Shown piece after piece: positions 29,923 to 40,736 of a stretch of 64,000 bases of DNA. The position numbers were made by a program, and so were the translations under genes. The number at the start of each line of letters is the position of its first letter. The stretch's first letter is position 1. A model generated the notes under the pieces. The model was not told the origin of the DNA, made no database searches, and was given only the letters and a program-made list of their open reading frames with translations. Source of the DNA: a virus; the IMG/VR virus record IMGVR_UViG_3300044825_002608, positions 35,658 through 99,657 of that record; one strand, written 5' to 3'.

Positions 29923-32900
29923 ATGGCGACACTAGACAGTAATAAAGTCACAGGTGTAAGTGTAGTATCTAATTCCACAGATGCTGCAAATAAGTCTTAT
30001 GTTGATGATAGAAGCCTTAAAACAACAGGAATACCTGGAACTTTTTTAAGTGTTTATCCAGAGTCTGGTGTCTATTGGTTTGCAAGAACTTCTGGAATTG
30101 ATGGAAGTTCTGTAAATGCAATTACTTATGATAATAATGTCTTTCTTGCTGCGGGTGGTTCTGCATCTTTAATCTCTTCAACAGATGCAGTCACCTGGTC
30201 TTTAAGAACTTCTGGTGCTCGTGGTGATTTATATAGTGTTTTATATGCAAATAATCAATATCTTTTAGGTGGTGCGACTCCGCCAACAAACTCTTGGACT
30301 TTAAGAACTTCTGGTTTTGGTTCCACAGATGTTAATGATGTAACATTCGGAAATGGATTCTTTGTTGCTGGTGGATTTATTGAAACAGTCACCTGGACTT
30401 CAAGAACTTCTGGATTTGGTGATGCTGATATTAATGATGTAACTTTTGGTCAGGGATATTTTCTTGCTGGTGGTCTTTATGATCCTCTTGCAACTTGGAC
30501 TCAAAGAACTTCTGGATTTGGTTCAACTAATATACTTGGACTTACTTATGCAAATAATCTTTATATTGTTTCTGGTGATACTGGAATCTTAAACACTTCA
30601 ACAGATGCAATTGCTTGGACACAAAGAACTTCTGGGTTTGGTGCAAGTGGTATATTTGCACTTACTTATGCAAACAATCTTTATGTTGCTGGTGGTTCTG
30701 GTGGTGCATTAAACACTTCAACAGACGCAATCACTTGGACACAAAGAACTTCTGGGTTTGGTACAAGTGAAATAAGAACACTTATATATGCATTAAGTCA
30801 AACAAATGCTTATGTTGCTGGTGGTGTCGGTGGAACTCTAACCACTTCAACAGACGCAATCACCTGGACTTCAAGAACTTCTGGATTTGGTACAACTAGA
30901 ATATTACAACTTCTTTATATACCAACAACACCAACAGTAACTTATCTTGCTGTTGGTGATACTGGAACTCTAACTACTTCAACAGACGCAATCACTTGGA
31001 CTCAAAGAACTTCTGGGTTTGGTACTTCTATTATTATTGGACTTACCTATGGGAACAATCTTTATGTTGCTGGTGGTGTTGCTGGAACTTTAACTACCTC
31101 AACAGATTCAGTAACTTGGACACAAAGAACTTCTGGGTTTGGTACAAATAATGTACAAACACTTTTTTATGAAAATAATCTTTATATTGCTGGTTCAAAC
31201 TTTGGTAACTTGGCAATTTCAACAGATGCAGTTACTTGGACTCAAAGAACTTCTGGATTTGGTACGAGTCAAATAAGAGCATTTACATTTGGAAACAATA
31301 TTTATGTTGCTGGTGGTTCTGGTGGAACTCTAACCACAGCATCAGCACTCATAGACACAGGAGCACTTCTTACAGTATCAACAGACGCAGTATCCTGGAC
31401 TACAAGAACCACAACATCTAGTATTTCACAGATTGATTATCTTGCTTCTAATTCTTCTTATTATCTTGCATCAAACAGTACTTATGCTGGTGTAGATGGT
31501 GCGATTTCTGTTTCTACCAATAACATCACCTGGACTTTAAGAACTGCTGGTGTTTATGGAAATACAATTACTTCACTTTATGCTGATGATAATGGATATT
31601 TGGTTGGTGGTTTTATACCAGTCGTGAGTTGGACTCAAAGAACTTCTGGGTTTGGTACAAGTGTTATACTTGGACTTATCTATGCAAATAATACTTATTA
31701 TGCTGGTGGTACTGGTGGAACTTTAACTACTTCAACTGATGCAGTCACCTGGGAATTAAGAACTTCTGGATTTGGTACAAGTCAAATAGGAGCACTTCTT
31801 TATGCAAACAATACTTATGTTGCTTGTGGTAATGGTGGAATCTTATCAACTTCAACTGATGGAATTGCTTGGACTCAAAGAACATCAGGATATGGTACAA
31901 CAAATATTAGATATCTAACTTATGGTACTTCTCCAACAAGTACTTTTGTTGCAGTTTCTCAGGATTTGTCTTCAAACATTATTATCACTTCAACAGATGC
32001 AATTAGTTGGACACAAGTACCATTAGTATATGGAACTAATGGATTTCGTGGACTTGGTTATGGAAACAACCTTTATCTTATTGGTTCTGGTGCTGCAAAT
32101 AATGGGCATTTAGCAACTTCAACTGATGCAATTTCTTGGACTTTAAGAACATCAGGATTTGGTACAGGAACAATTTATTCATTTAATTATATTAACGGCA
32201 CTTATTATGCTGGTGGTTCTATGAGTGGTAGTGTTATTGGTGGTATTCTAAACACTTCAACAGATGCAATTACTTGGACTTTAAGAACTGCTGGATTTAA
32301 TGCTCTTCAAATTAATAATATTTCCTATGAAAATAACCTTTATGTTATTTCTGGTTCTGGTGGAACTTTAAACACTTCAACAGATGCAATCACTTGGACT
32401 CAAAGAACATCAGGATTTGGTACAAGCAGTACATCTAATGGTTCATTTACCTTTGGTAATAATCTTTATGTTGCTGGTGGTTTTGGTGGAACTCTAACCA
32501 CAGCAACCTATGAATCTTTAACCAATCTAGGTAATGGAGCACTTCTATCAACTTCTACTGATACCATCACCTGGAATATAAGAACTTCAATACCAAATGT
32601 TCAACAAGTAGATTCAATTGTATCCACACCAGGACTTTATCTTGCTGCTTTGAGTGATTATAATTCCAATACAACACTTGCAGTTTCGACTGATACTATT
32701 AACTGGGTTGCAAGAACTGCTGCAACTAGTATGCCTTTTAGAGTTGTATTAGGTACGAATGGTTCTAATCTTTATCTTGCTGCTTCTAGAACTGGTGCTT
32801 CTAATACAGTACAAACCTCAACAGATACAATCACTTGGACTTTAAGAACTGCTGGTATTGCTGCAAATTACGTTGATATTTCTTATGGAAATAATGTTTA

Positions 32901-35900
32901 TGTTTTAGCATCAAATGGTGGTTCAACAAGAACTTCAACTGATGCAATTGTTTGGACTTTAAGAACAAGCAATTTCGGTCTTATTTCTAATGCTCAAAGA
33001 AGTTCTGCATTTGGTAATAATACTTTTATTACTGCTGGAAGAATAGGACAACTTCAATCAACAACTTCAAGTATTCTATCCTCACTTGGAAATGGTGCTC
33101 GTTTAAATGTTTCTACGAATGGTATTTCTTGGTCGATAAGAACCACAGGACAAGGATTAGTTAGAATCAATAAACTCACTGCTGGTTCTTCTTATCTTGC
33201 TGCTGGTAGTGATTATATTTCAAATCCTGGTGTGATAATTGCTTCAACAGATAACATCACCTGGACTTTAAGAACTGCTGGTGTTTATGGAAATAGCATT
33301 ACTTCACTTTATGCTGATAGTTCTAGGTATTTGATTGGTGGTTTAAGTCCTGTTGTGAGTTGGACTTTAAGAACTTCTGGTTTTGGTGCAAGTCTTATAC
33401 TTGGACTAACTTATGGGAATAATCTTTATGTTGCTGGTGGTAATGGTGGAGTTCTAAACACTTCAACAGACGCAATCACTTGGACTCAAAGAACTTCTGG
33501 ATTTGGAGTAAGTCAAATAAGAGGACTTACTTATGGAAACAATCTTTATATTGCTGTTGGTGATAGTGGAACTTTAAACACTTCAACAGACTCTATTAGT
33601 TGGACACAAAGAACATCAGGATTTGGTTCAAGTCAAATTGTTACAATTGCTTATGGAAATAATCTTTATGTTGCTAGTGGTTTTAATGGAGCACTAACAA
33701 CTTCAACAGATGCAATTACTTGGGAATTAAGAACTTCTGGTACAACAGTAGGATTATATGGATTAAATTATCTAAACAATCTTTATCTTGTAGGTTCTAC
33801 TACTAGAGTATTTGCATCAACAGACGCAATTACTTGGGAAGCAAGAACATCTGGAATATCTTCTGGAATTGTTCGTTCTTTTGTTTATGCAAATGGTAGA
33901 TATCTTTATGCTGCTGGTGCCCTTGCTGTTGGAGGTGGAATTGCATCTTCAACAGACTCTATTACTTGGGAATTAAGAACATCAGGTCTTGGTACTAGTG
34001 GTCCTATTGCACTTACTTATGCAAACAATCTTTATGTTGCTGGTGGTATTGCTGGTGTCTTAGCAACTTCAACAGACTCCATTACTTGGAGTTCAAGAAC
34101 TTCTGGATTTGGTACAAGTGTTATATATTCACTTCTTTATGCAAACAATCTCTATGTTGCTGGTGGTGATAATGGAACTCTAACCACAGCAACCTACTCA
34201 CAACTCACCAATCTAGGTAATGGAGCACTTCTATCAACCTCTACTGATACCATCACCTGGAATATAAGAACTTCAATACCAAATGTTCAACAAGTAGATT
34301 CAATTACTTCAAGTCCTTCACTTTATCTTGCTGCATTTAGTGATTATAATTCCAATAGTACCTTAGCAGTTTCCACGGATACGATTTCTTGGACTGCAAG
34401 AACATCAGGATTTGGACTTACAACCATTCGTACAGTCACTTTCGGTAATAATCTTTATGTTGTTGCTGGTGATACTGGTATTCTTAACACTTCCACAGAT
34501 ACCATCACCTGGACATTAAGAACTTCAAGTCTCTCAACATCCATTACAGCACTTGATTTTGGCAATAATCTTTATAGTGCTTCTGATACTTCTGGTACAA
34601 ATCTTATTTCCACAGATGGAATTACTTGGATTGCAAGAACATCAGGTATTCCAGCAACAATTAATAATGTTGCATATGGAAATAATACTTATGTTGCAGC
34701 AGCAAACTCTGGATATACCGCATCAGGAACTTATGCATCTCTTACAAATCTTGGAGATGGTGCAACACTTCTCACTTCAACAAATGGTATTGCTTGGACT
34801 TTAAGAACCACAGGAACCAACACTCAAAGTATCAATCGAAAAGGATTGGTTTATGGTGGTAACTCTTACCTCACTTATGGTACTGATTATCTTAACCAAT
34901 TCTTCTTATCAGCATCCACAGATAGTATCACTTGGACTTTAAGAACCTCTGGTATTGATAGTCTCACAACTCTACAATCAGTTTCTTATGGAAACAATCT
35001 TTATATTCTTGGAGCAAATAATGGAATTATCAGCACTTCCACAGATACAATCACTTGGACTTTAAGAACATCAGGATTTGGTGGAGTAAATGTAAATGAT
35101 GTTGAATACTTAAATGGTACTTATGTTGCTGTTGGTGATGTTGGAACGATTACAACATCAACAGATTCTATTGCTTGGACTTATCGAATTAATCCAACCA
35201 ATCTTAACTATCAGTCTGTTAGATATTTGAATGACTTATATGTTGTTATGGGTGATAGTGGTTTATTAGTTACTTCAACGGATGCAGTTGTTTGGTCGAT
35301 TCGTACTTCAAATCTTTCACAAACGATTTGGACATCAGGATTTGGTGCAAGTACTTATGTTCTTGGTGGTGGTTTAGGACAGATTGCAACCTCACAATAT
35401 GTAAGTAAGAAATCAAACTGGACTTCTTTAACTTCTACCAATAGTACTGCAATCACTTATAAAGGAACACAAGAGTTTACATTACCAATTCCACAAACCT
35501 TCTATGTTCCACCAACTGCATCAACTTTTTATATTGAAGCAATTGGTGCAGGTGGTGGTGGAGCATCAGGAAGAGATAGTGGAACATTAGGTTCTGGTGG
35601 TGGTGGAGGTTCTGGTGCTTATAATGCTTGGTTAATACGAAGACCCGAACTTGGTGATGCAACAACACTTACAGTGACTCCTGGTTCTGCTGGAAGTGGC
35701 GGAAGAAGCACTAAACCTTTATGGACAAGTACTGATGCAATCACTTGGACTTTAAGAACTTCTGCTGGATTTGGTACAACAGGTGTTCTTGCACTTACTT
35801 ATGGAAACAATCTTTATGTTGCTGCTGGTGATACTATAAACACTTCAACAGATGGAATTACTTGGACTTTAAGAACTTCTGGATTTGGCACAAGTTTAAT

Positions 35901-38900
35901 TAGAGATATTATCTACGCAAATAATCTTTATGTTGCTGGTGGTTATGGTACTCCTTCTGCACCATTAGCAACCTCAACCGACGCAATCACTTGGACTCAA
36001 AGAACATCAGGATTTGGTTCAAGTCAAATTGTTACAATTGCTTATGGAAATAATCTTTATGTTGCTAGTGGTTTTAATGGAGCACTAACAACTTCAACAG
36101 ATGCAATTACTTGGACTCAAAGAACTTCTGGATTTGGTTCATCAATCATTTATTCTTTACTTTATGCAAATAATCTTTATGTAGCGGGTGGTAGAGATGG
36201 AACTCTAACCACTTCAACAGATGCAATTACCTGGACATTAAGAACATCAGGATTTGGTTCAAGTCAAATTGTTGCAATTACTTATGCCAATAATCTTTAT
36301 GTTGCTGGTGGTAATGGTGGAACTCTAGCAACTTCAACAGATGCAATTACCTGGACATTAAGAACATCAGGATTTGGCACAACTCAAATTGTTACAATTA
36401 CTTATGGAAACAATCTTTATGTTGCTGGTGGTAATGGTGGAATTCTAAACACTTCAACGGATGCAATCATTTGGACTCAAAGAACTTCTGGCGTGATATC
36501 CGGCAGCATTTATGATTTACTCTATCAAAATAATCTTTATATTGCTGGTGCTGGTTTTGCACAATCATCAGGTCTTTCAGGAACCAACACCACAATCACT
36601 TGGAGTTCTAATCTTCTTGATGGAAGAGCAACATATACTTTAAGTGCTGCTGCTGGTGGTGGTGCTTCTGGTACTGCTGTTACAGGAGGAACCGCAGGAA
36701 CCTCAGCAGCATCAACACTCAATCCACTCATTTCAGTTTCTGGTGTTGCAGGTGGTAATGGACTTTCAGCACTTGCAAGTTCTAATAACATCACACAAAC
36801 ACTTCCATTCCAAGTGACTGGTGGTGCTGGTGGTGCTTATAATACCAATACTGGTGGTAATGTTGTTTCTTACTATTACGGAAACACTTATACTGCAACT
36901 GGTGGAACAAATGCAGGTGGTAATGGTGCAAATGGAATTCCTACTTCTTATACTGGAAATATTGGTGGTGGTGGTGGTGCAGGTGGTGGTGCATTATCCA
37001 CAGGTATTAGCAGTTGGTATTTAAGAACTGCTGGTACAACATTAGGTATGAATGCTCTGGGTTCTTTGGGAACCTCATTCTTCGGTGGTGGTCTTGCAAC
37101 AACTGTAAGTTGGACTTTAAGAACTTCTGGGTTTGGTACATCTACAATTCAAGCAGTTACTTTTGGAAACAATCTTTATGTTGCTGGTGGTGGTGGAGGA
37201 GCATTAACAGTTTCTACTGATGCTATTAACTGGACTCAAAGAACATCAGGATTTGGTGCAAGTATTATAAGAGCAGTTACTTTTGGTAACAATCTTTATG
37301 TTGCTGGTGGTATTGGTGGAACTCTAACAACTTCAACAGATACAATCTCTTGGACAGTACAAAATGCAGGATTTGGTACAACCGAAATCTTTTCAGTTGC
37401 TTATGGAGCATTACCAACACCAACTTATGTTGCTGGTAGTAATGGCGGAAGATTAAATACCTCAACCGATGGAATTACTTGGACTTTAAGAACAGCAAGA
37501 TTTGGTACGAATACTATATATGCACTTCTTTATGCACCAACAACACCAACACCAATTTATCTTGCAGGTAGTACTACTTTCCTTAATGCTTCGACAGATG
37601 CAATTATTTGGGAATTAAGAACTTCTGGATTTGGTTCAAGTACTGTACTTGCATTTGCTTATGCATCAGGTCAAACAAATGCCTATGTTGCTGGTGGTCT
37701 TGCTGGATTATTAGTAACTTCAACAGATACAATTACTTGGACTCAAAGAACTTCTGGGTTTGGTGGATCTTCTATAAATGCATTAACATATGCAAACAAT
37801 CTTTATGTTGCTGGTGGTCTTCCTGGAACCTTAACAATCTCAACAGATGCAATCACTTGGACACAAAGAACTTCTAGTACTGGTGGAAATACTATAAACG
37901 CACTTATCTCTGTTGGTAATACTTATGTTCTTGGTGGTGGTTCATTTATAAACACCTCATCAACAGCAATACTTTCTTCTTATGGTAATGGTGCTTATTA
38001 TACCTTCTCAACTGATAGTATCACCTGGTCTATAAGAACCACAGCATCTAATTCACAGCAGATTAATGCTGTTTATGCAGATAATAACTTCTATCTTGCT
38101 GCTGGTGTGAATTATATTAATGAAGCATCCTTAATGGTTTCTACTGATAGTATCAACTGGGTACAAAGAACCTCAGGAGCACAGAGAGGATTGAATGCTC
38201 TGATTAAACAAGGTTCAACTTATGTTCTTGGTGGTGAAGCAATTACCACAACTTGGTTCCAGAGAACATCAGGATTTGGTACGACTGCAATTACTCAATT
38301 AGCATCCAGTGGAACGACTTATGTTGCTGTTGGTAATGCTGGTACTTTAACTGCTTCTACTGATGGTATTAACTGGGTTTCAAGTGTATCAGGATTTGGT
38401 GCAACAAATATTGCTGGTGTAACTTACTTCAATGGTGAGTATTTAATTGGTGGTACTGGTTCTGCTGTTATGTGGACTCAAAGAACATCAGGTACTGCAT
38501 CAGCAATTTATACTTCAATGTATGATGGTACTAATTTCTTTGCTGCTGGTGCATCTGGTATTTTAAGAGTATCCACAGATTCAATTAACTGGACTGCAAG
38601 AACTTCTGGAACAACAGTACAGATTGGTCAAACTACTGGTGGTAATGGACTTCTTTATGTTTCTGGAAAATCTGGCACTGCAACAACAGGTAATGAACCT
38701 TATGTATTAGCAGGTGCTTCTGGTATTTTAAGAACTTCTACTGATGGAATTGCTTGGACTACAAGAACTGCTACCGCTAGTAGCAATATGCAAGCAATTA
38801 CTTATGGCGATTTGCCAACATCAACTTATGTTGTTACTGGGACTGGTGCATTATTTACTTCAACTGATAATATTCGTTGGACTGCAAGAACAACAGGGAA

Positions 38901-40692
38901 TATTACAAACTCCATAGTCAGTCTTTTATATTCATCTTCACCAACAACGACTTATCTTAATGCTCGTCTTAACGGCGTCATACAAACTTCTACTGATGCA
39001 ATTTCTTGGGAAACAAGAACTTCTGGTACTCCAAATAATTTCTTTTCATCTCTTTATGGAAATGTTTATGTTGTTGGTGGTGCTTCTGGAACACTTTTAA
39101 CCTCTACTGATGCAGTTGCTTGGACTTTAAGAACTGCTGGTGTTCTACAAGCTTTTTATGGTCTTGCATATAACAATAATGTTTATGTTGCTTCTGGTTC
39201 TGCTGGTGCAAGTATCAGTTCCACAGATGCAATCACTTGGACTTTAAGAACATCAGGATTTGGTACTTCTGTAATTCAAGCAGTTACTTATGGAAACAAC
39301 ATTTATGTAAATGGTGGTATTGCAGGTCTCATTACGACTTCAACACAAGACACTTTATCTTCTCTTGGTAACGGAGCACTTCTAAATGCTTCTACTGATG
39401 GTTTAACTTGGATTACAAGAACTGCACCACTCAATACTCAAACGATTACTGCAATTGGTTCTGGTGGTTCTTATTCCTTTGCACACGGAACTAATTATAG
39501 AAGTGAAGTTGGTTTCTTAATGACTTCAACCAATAATATCACTTGGTTATTAAGAACATCAGGATTTGGTGCAACAGCAATCACAACCTTTGCGTTTGGT
39601 AATGGTGTTTATCTTGCTGGTGCGAATGCTGGTTTATTAAGAACTTCCACGGATACTATTACTTGGACATTAAGAACATCAGGATTTGGTACTTCTAATA
39701 TCTCTGGTTTAACTTATGGAGGTGTTTATGTTGCTGTTGCAGGTGGTGTCACAAGAACTTCAACTGATGCAATTGCTTGGACGGTAAGAACTGCTACTTG
39801 GGGCACGGCGGCAGTTTATCTTTTATATGGGAATAATCTTTATATTGGTGGAGGTAATACTGGTGGATTTACAAGAACTTCCACGGATGCAATTGTTTGG
39901 ATTGCAAGAACATCAGGTTTCGGTACTTCCAACACTAATACACTAACTTATGGTAATAATCTTTATGTTGCTGGTGGTGCTGGTGGAACACTTACAACTG
40001 CAACTCAAAGTGTTCTTGCTGCTCTTGGAGAAGGTGCATATCTAAGCACTTCAACTGATACAATCACTTGGACTTTAAGAACCACTACAAATAATATGAT
40101 TTCGGTGGTTGCTCTTACTTCTAATAGTTCATTCTATGTTGCAGCAACAACTAACTATGCTGGTGTAGGTCCTGCTTTAATTACCTCCACAGATACAATT
40201 TCTTGGGTAATGAGAACATCAGGATTTGGAACAACTTTAATTAGAGCACTTTCTTATGGTTCAGTCTTTGTTGCTGCTGGTGATGCTGGAATCATTACAA
40301 CATCCACAGATAGAATCACCTGGACTTTACAGACATCAGGATTTGGTGCAACTGCGATTAATGAAATTGGTTATGTAAATAATCTTTATGTTGCTGCTGG
40401 TAATGGTGGAAGAATTATTACTTCTACTGACGCGATTGTGTGGTCTTCAAGGTCATCCAATACAATTGCAAACCTATTAGCAACAACTGCATATGCAAAC
40501 AATTTATATGTAATTGGTGGTGCTTTTGGTGCAATCACTTATGCTTCTGGAACTTCATCAGGAAACGCAGGAAATGGTGGTTCCGGAACTTATGGCGGTG
40601 GAGGTGGTGGAGGTGGATACTCTGCCGAAACCAATACCTATGGAGACGGTGGTGATGGTGGAAATGGATATGTGAAAATTACCTGGTGGTAA
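29923..40692 (+). CDS. giant (3589 aa) glycine-rich virion/adhesin protein with 77 BNR/Asp-box-like repeats (11 nested 7-repeat propeller units)
   Basis: Same scaffold as the two preceding genes; repeats of about 40 aa, W-x-x-R-T-S-G...Y.AGG..G.L..STD; late-promoter-like AATAAATA upstream. Confidence 0.8.
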   Translation: MATLDSNKVTGVSVVSNSTDAANKSYVDDRSLKTTGIPGTFLSVYPESGVYWFARTSGIDGSSVNAITYDNNVFLAAGGSASLISSTDAVTWSLRTSGARGDLYSVLYANNQYLLGGATPPTNSWTLRTSGFGSTDVNDVTFGNGFFVAGGFIETVTWTSRTSGFGDADINDVTFGQGYFLAGGLYDPLATWTQRTSGFGSTNILGLTYANNLYIVSGDTGILNTSTDAIAWTQRTSGFGASGIFALTYANNLYVAGGSGGALNTSTDAITWTQRTSGFGTSEIRTLIYALSQTNAYVAGGVGGTLTTSTDAITWTSRTSGFGTTRILQLLYIPTTPTVTYLAVGDTGTLTTSTDAITWTQRTSGFGTSIIIGLTYGNNLYVAGGVAGTLTTSTDSVTWTQRTSGFGTNNVQTLFYENNLYIAGSNFGNLAISTDAVTWTQRTSGFGTSQIRAFTFGNNIYVAGGSGGTLTTASALIDTGALLTVSTDAVSWTTRTTTSSISQIDYLASNSSYYLASNSTYAGVDGAISVSTNNITWTLRTAGVYGNTITSLYADDNGYLVGGFIPVVSWTQRTSGFGTSVILGLIYANNTYYAGGTGGTLTTSTDAVTWELRTSGFGTSQIGALLYANNTYVACGNGGILSTSTDGIAWTQRTSGYGTTNIRYLTYGTSPTSTFVAVSQDLSSNIIITSTDAISWTQVPLVYGTNGFRGLGYGNNLYLIGSGAANNGHLATSTDAISWTLRTSGFGTGTIYSFNYINGTYYAGGSMSGSVIGGILNTSTDAITWTLRTAGFNALQINNISYENNLYVISGSGGTLNTSTDAITWTQRTSGFGTSSTSNGSFTFGNNLYVAGGFGGTLTTATYESLTNLGNGALLSTSTDTITWNIRTSIPNVQQVDSIVSTPGLYLAALSDYNSNTTLAVSTDTINWVARTAATSMPFRVVLGTNGSNLYLAASRTGASNTVQTSTDTITWTLRTAGIAANYVDISYGNNVYVLASNGGSTRTSTDAIVWTLRTSNFGLISNAQRSSAFGNNTFITAGRIGQLQSTTSSILSSLGNGARLNVSTNGISWSIRTTGQGLVRINKLTAGSSYLAAGSDYISNPGVIIASTDNITWTLRTAGVYGNSITSLYADSSRYLIGGLSPVVSWTLRTSGFGASLILGLTYGNNLYVAGGNGGVLNTSTDAITWTQRTSGFGVSQIRGLTYGNNLYIAVGDSGTLNTSTDSISWTQRTSGFGSSQIVTIAYGNNLYVASGFNGALTTSTDAITWELRTSGTTVGLYGLNYLNNLYLVGSTTRVFASTDAITWEARTSGISSGIVRSFVYANGRYLYAAGALAVGGGIASSTDSITWELRTSGLGTSGPIALTYANNLYVAGGIAGVLATSTDSITWSSRTSGFGTSVIYSLLYANNLYVAGGDNGTLTTATYSQLTNLGNGALLSTSTDTITWNIRTSIPNVQQVDSITSSPSLYLAAFSDYNSNSTLAVSTDTISWTARTSGFGLTTIRTVTFGNNLYVVAGDTGILNTSTDTITWTLRTSSLSTSITALDFGNNLYSASDTSGTNLISTDGITWIARTSGIPATINNVAYGNNTYVAAANSGYTASGTYASLTNLGDGATLLTSTNGIAWTLRTTGTNTQSINRKGLVYGGNSYLTYGTDYLNQFFLSASTDSITWTLRTSGIDSLTTLQSVSYGNNLYILGANNGIISTSTDTITWTLRTSGFGGVNVNDVEYLNGTYVAVGDVGTITTSTDSIAWTYRINPTNLNYQSVRYLNDLYVVMGDSGLLVTSTDAVVWSIRTSNLSQTIWTSGFGASTYVLGGGLGQIATSQYVSKKSNWTSLTSTNSTAITYKGTQEFTLPIPQTFYVPPTASTFYIEAIGAGGGGASGRDSGTLGSGGGGGSGAYNAWLIRRPELGDATTLTVTPGSAGSGGRSTKPLWTSTDAITWTLRTSAGFGTTGVLALTYGNNLYVAAGDTINTSTDGITWTLRTSGFGTSLIRDIIYANNLYVAGGYGTPSAPLATSTDAITWTQRTSGFGSSQIVTIAYGNNLYVASGFNGALTTSTDAITWTQRTSGFGSSIIYSLLYANNLYVAGGRDGTLTTSTDAITWTLRTSGFGSSQIVAITYANNLYVAGGNGGTLATSTDAITWTLRTSGFGTTQIVTITYGNNLYVAGGNGGILNTSTDAIIWTQRTSGVISGSIYDLLYQNNLYIAGAGFAQSSGLSGTNTTITWSSNLLDGRATYTLSAAAGGGASGTAVTGGTAGTSAASTLNPLISVSGVAGGNGLSALASSNNITQTLPFQVTGGAGGAYNTNTGGNVVSYYYGNTYTATGGTNAGGNGANGIPTSYTGNIGGGGGAGGGALSTGISSWYLRTAGTTLGMNALGSLGTSFFGGGLATTVSWTLRTSGFGTSTIQAVTFGNNLYVAGGGGGALTVSTDAINWTQRTSGFGASIIRAVTFGNNLYVAGGIGGTLTTSTDTISWTVQNAGFGTTEIFSVAYGALPTPTYVAGSNGGRLNTSTDGITWTLRTARFGTNTIYALLYAPTTPTPIYLAGSTTFLNASTDAIIWELRTSGFGSSTVLAFAYASGQTNAYVAGGLAGLLVTSTDTITWTQRTSGFGGSSINALTYANNLYVAGGLPGTLTISTDAITWTQRTSSTGGNTINALISVGNTYVLGGGSFINTSSTAILSSYGNGAYYTFSTDSITWSIRTTASNSQQINAVYADNNFYLAAGVNYINEASLMVSTDSINWVQRTSGAQRGLNALIKQGSTYVLGGEAITTTWFQRTSGFGTTAITQLASSGTTYVAVGNAGTLTASTDGINWVSSVSGFGATNIAGVTYFNGEYLIGGTGSAVMWTQRTSGTASAIYTSMYDGTNFFAAGASGILRVSTDSINWTARTSGTTVQIGQTTGGNGLLYVSGKSGTATTGNEPYVLAGASGILRTSTDGIAWTTRTATASSNMQAITYGDLPTSTYVVTGTGALFTSTDNIRWTARTTGNITNSIVSLLYSSSPTTTYLNARLNGVIQTSTDAISWETRTSGTPNNFFSSLYGNVYVVGGASGTLLTSTDAVAWTLRTAGVLQAFYGLAYNNNVYVASGSAGASISSTDAITWTLRTSGFGTSVIQAVTYGNNIYVNGGIAGLITTSTQDTLSSLGNGALLNASTDGLTWITRTAPLNTQTITAIGSGGSYSFAHGTNYRSEVGFLMTSTNNITWLLRTSGFGATAITTFAFGNGVYLAGANAGLLRTSTDTITWTLRTSGFGTSNISGLTYGGVYVAVAGGVTRTSTDAIAWTVRTATWGTAAVYLLYGNNLYIGGGNTGGFTRTSTDAIVWIARTSGFGTSNTNTLTYGNNLYVAGGAGGTLTTATQSVLAALGEGAYLSTSTDTITWTLRTTTNNMISVVALTSNSSFYVAATTNYAGVGPALITSTDTISWVMRTSGFGTTLIRALSYGSVFVAAGDAGIITTSTDRITWTLQTSGFGATAINEIGYVNNLYVAAGNGGRIITSTDAIVWSSRSSNTIANLLATTAYANNLYVIGGAFGAITYASGTSSGNAGNGGSGTYGGGGGGGGYSAETNTYGDGGDGGNGYVKITWW

Positions 40693-40736
40693 AAGTCACC
40701 TAGATATGATATAATGAGTTTGTATGACTTTATCTT

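Noticed and set aside
25660-40550. Regular ~120-bp repeats with variable intervals resembling a CRISPR array
   Set aside because: The repeats are degenerate at third codon positions and lie in long open frames, the intervals are homologous to each other, and there is no cas operon.
25354-40692. Diversity-generating retroelement acting on the fibre genes
   Set aside because: No reverse transcriptase in the window and no template/variable pair differing only at adenines.
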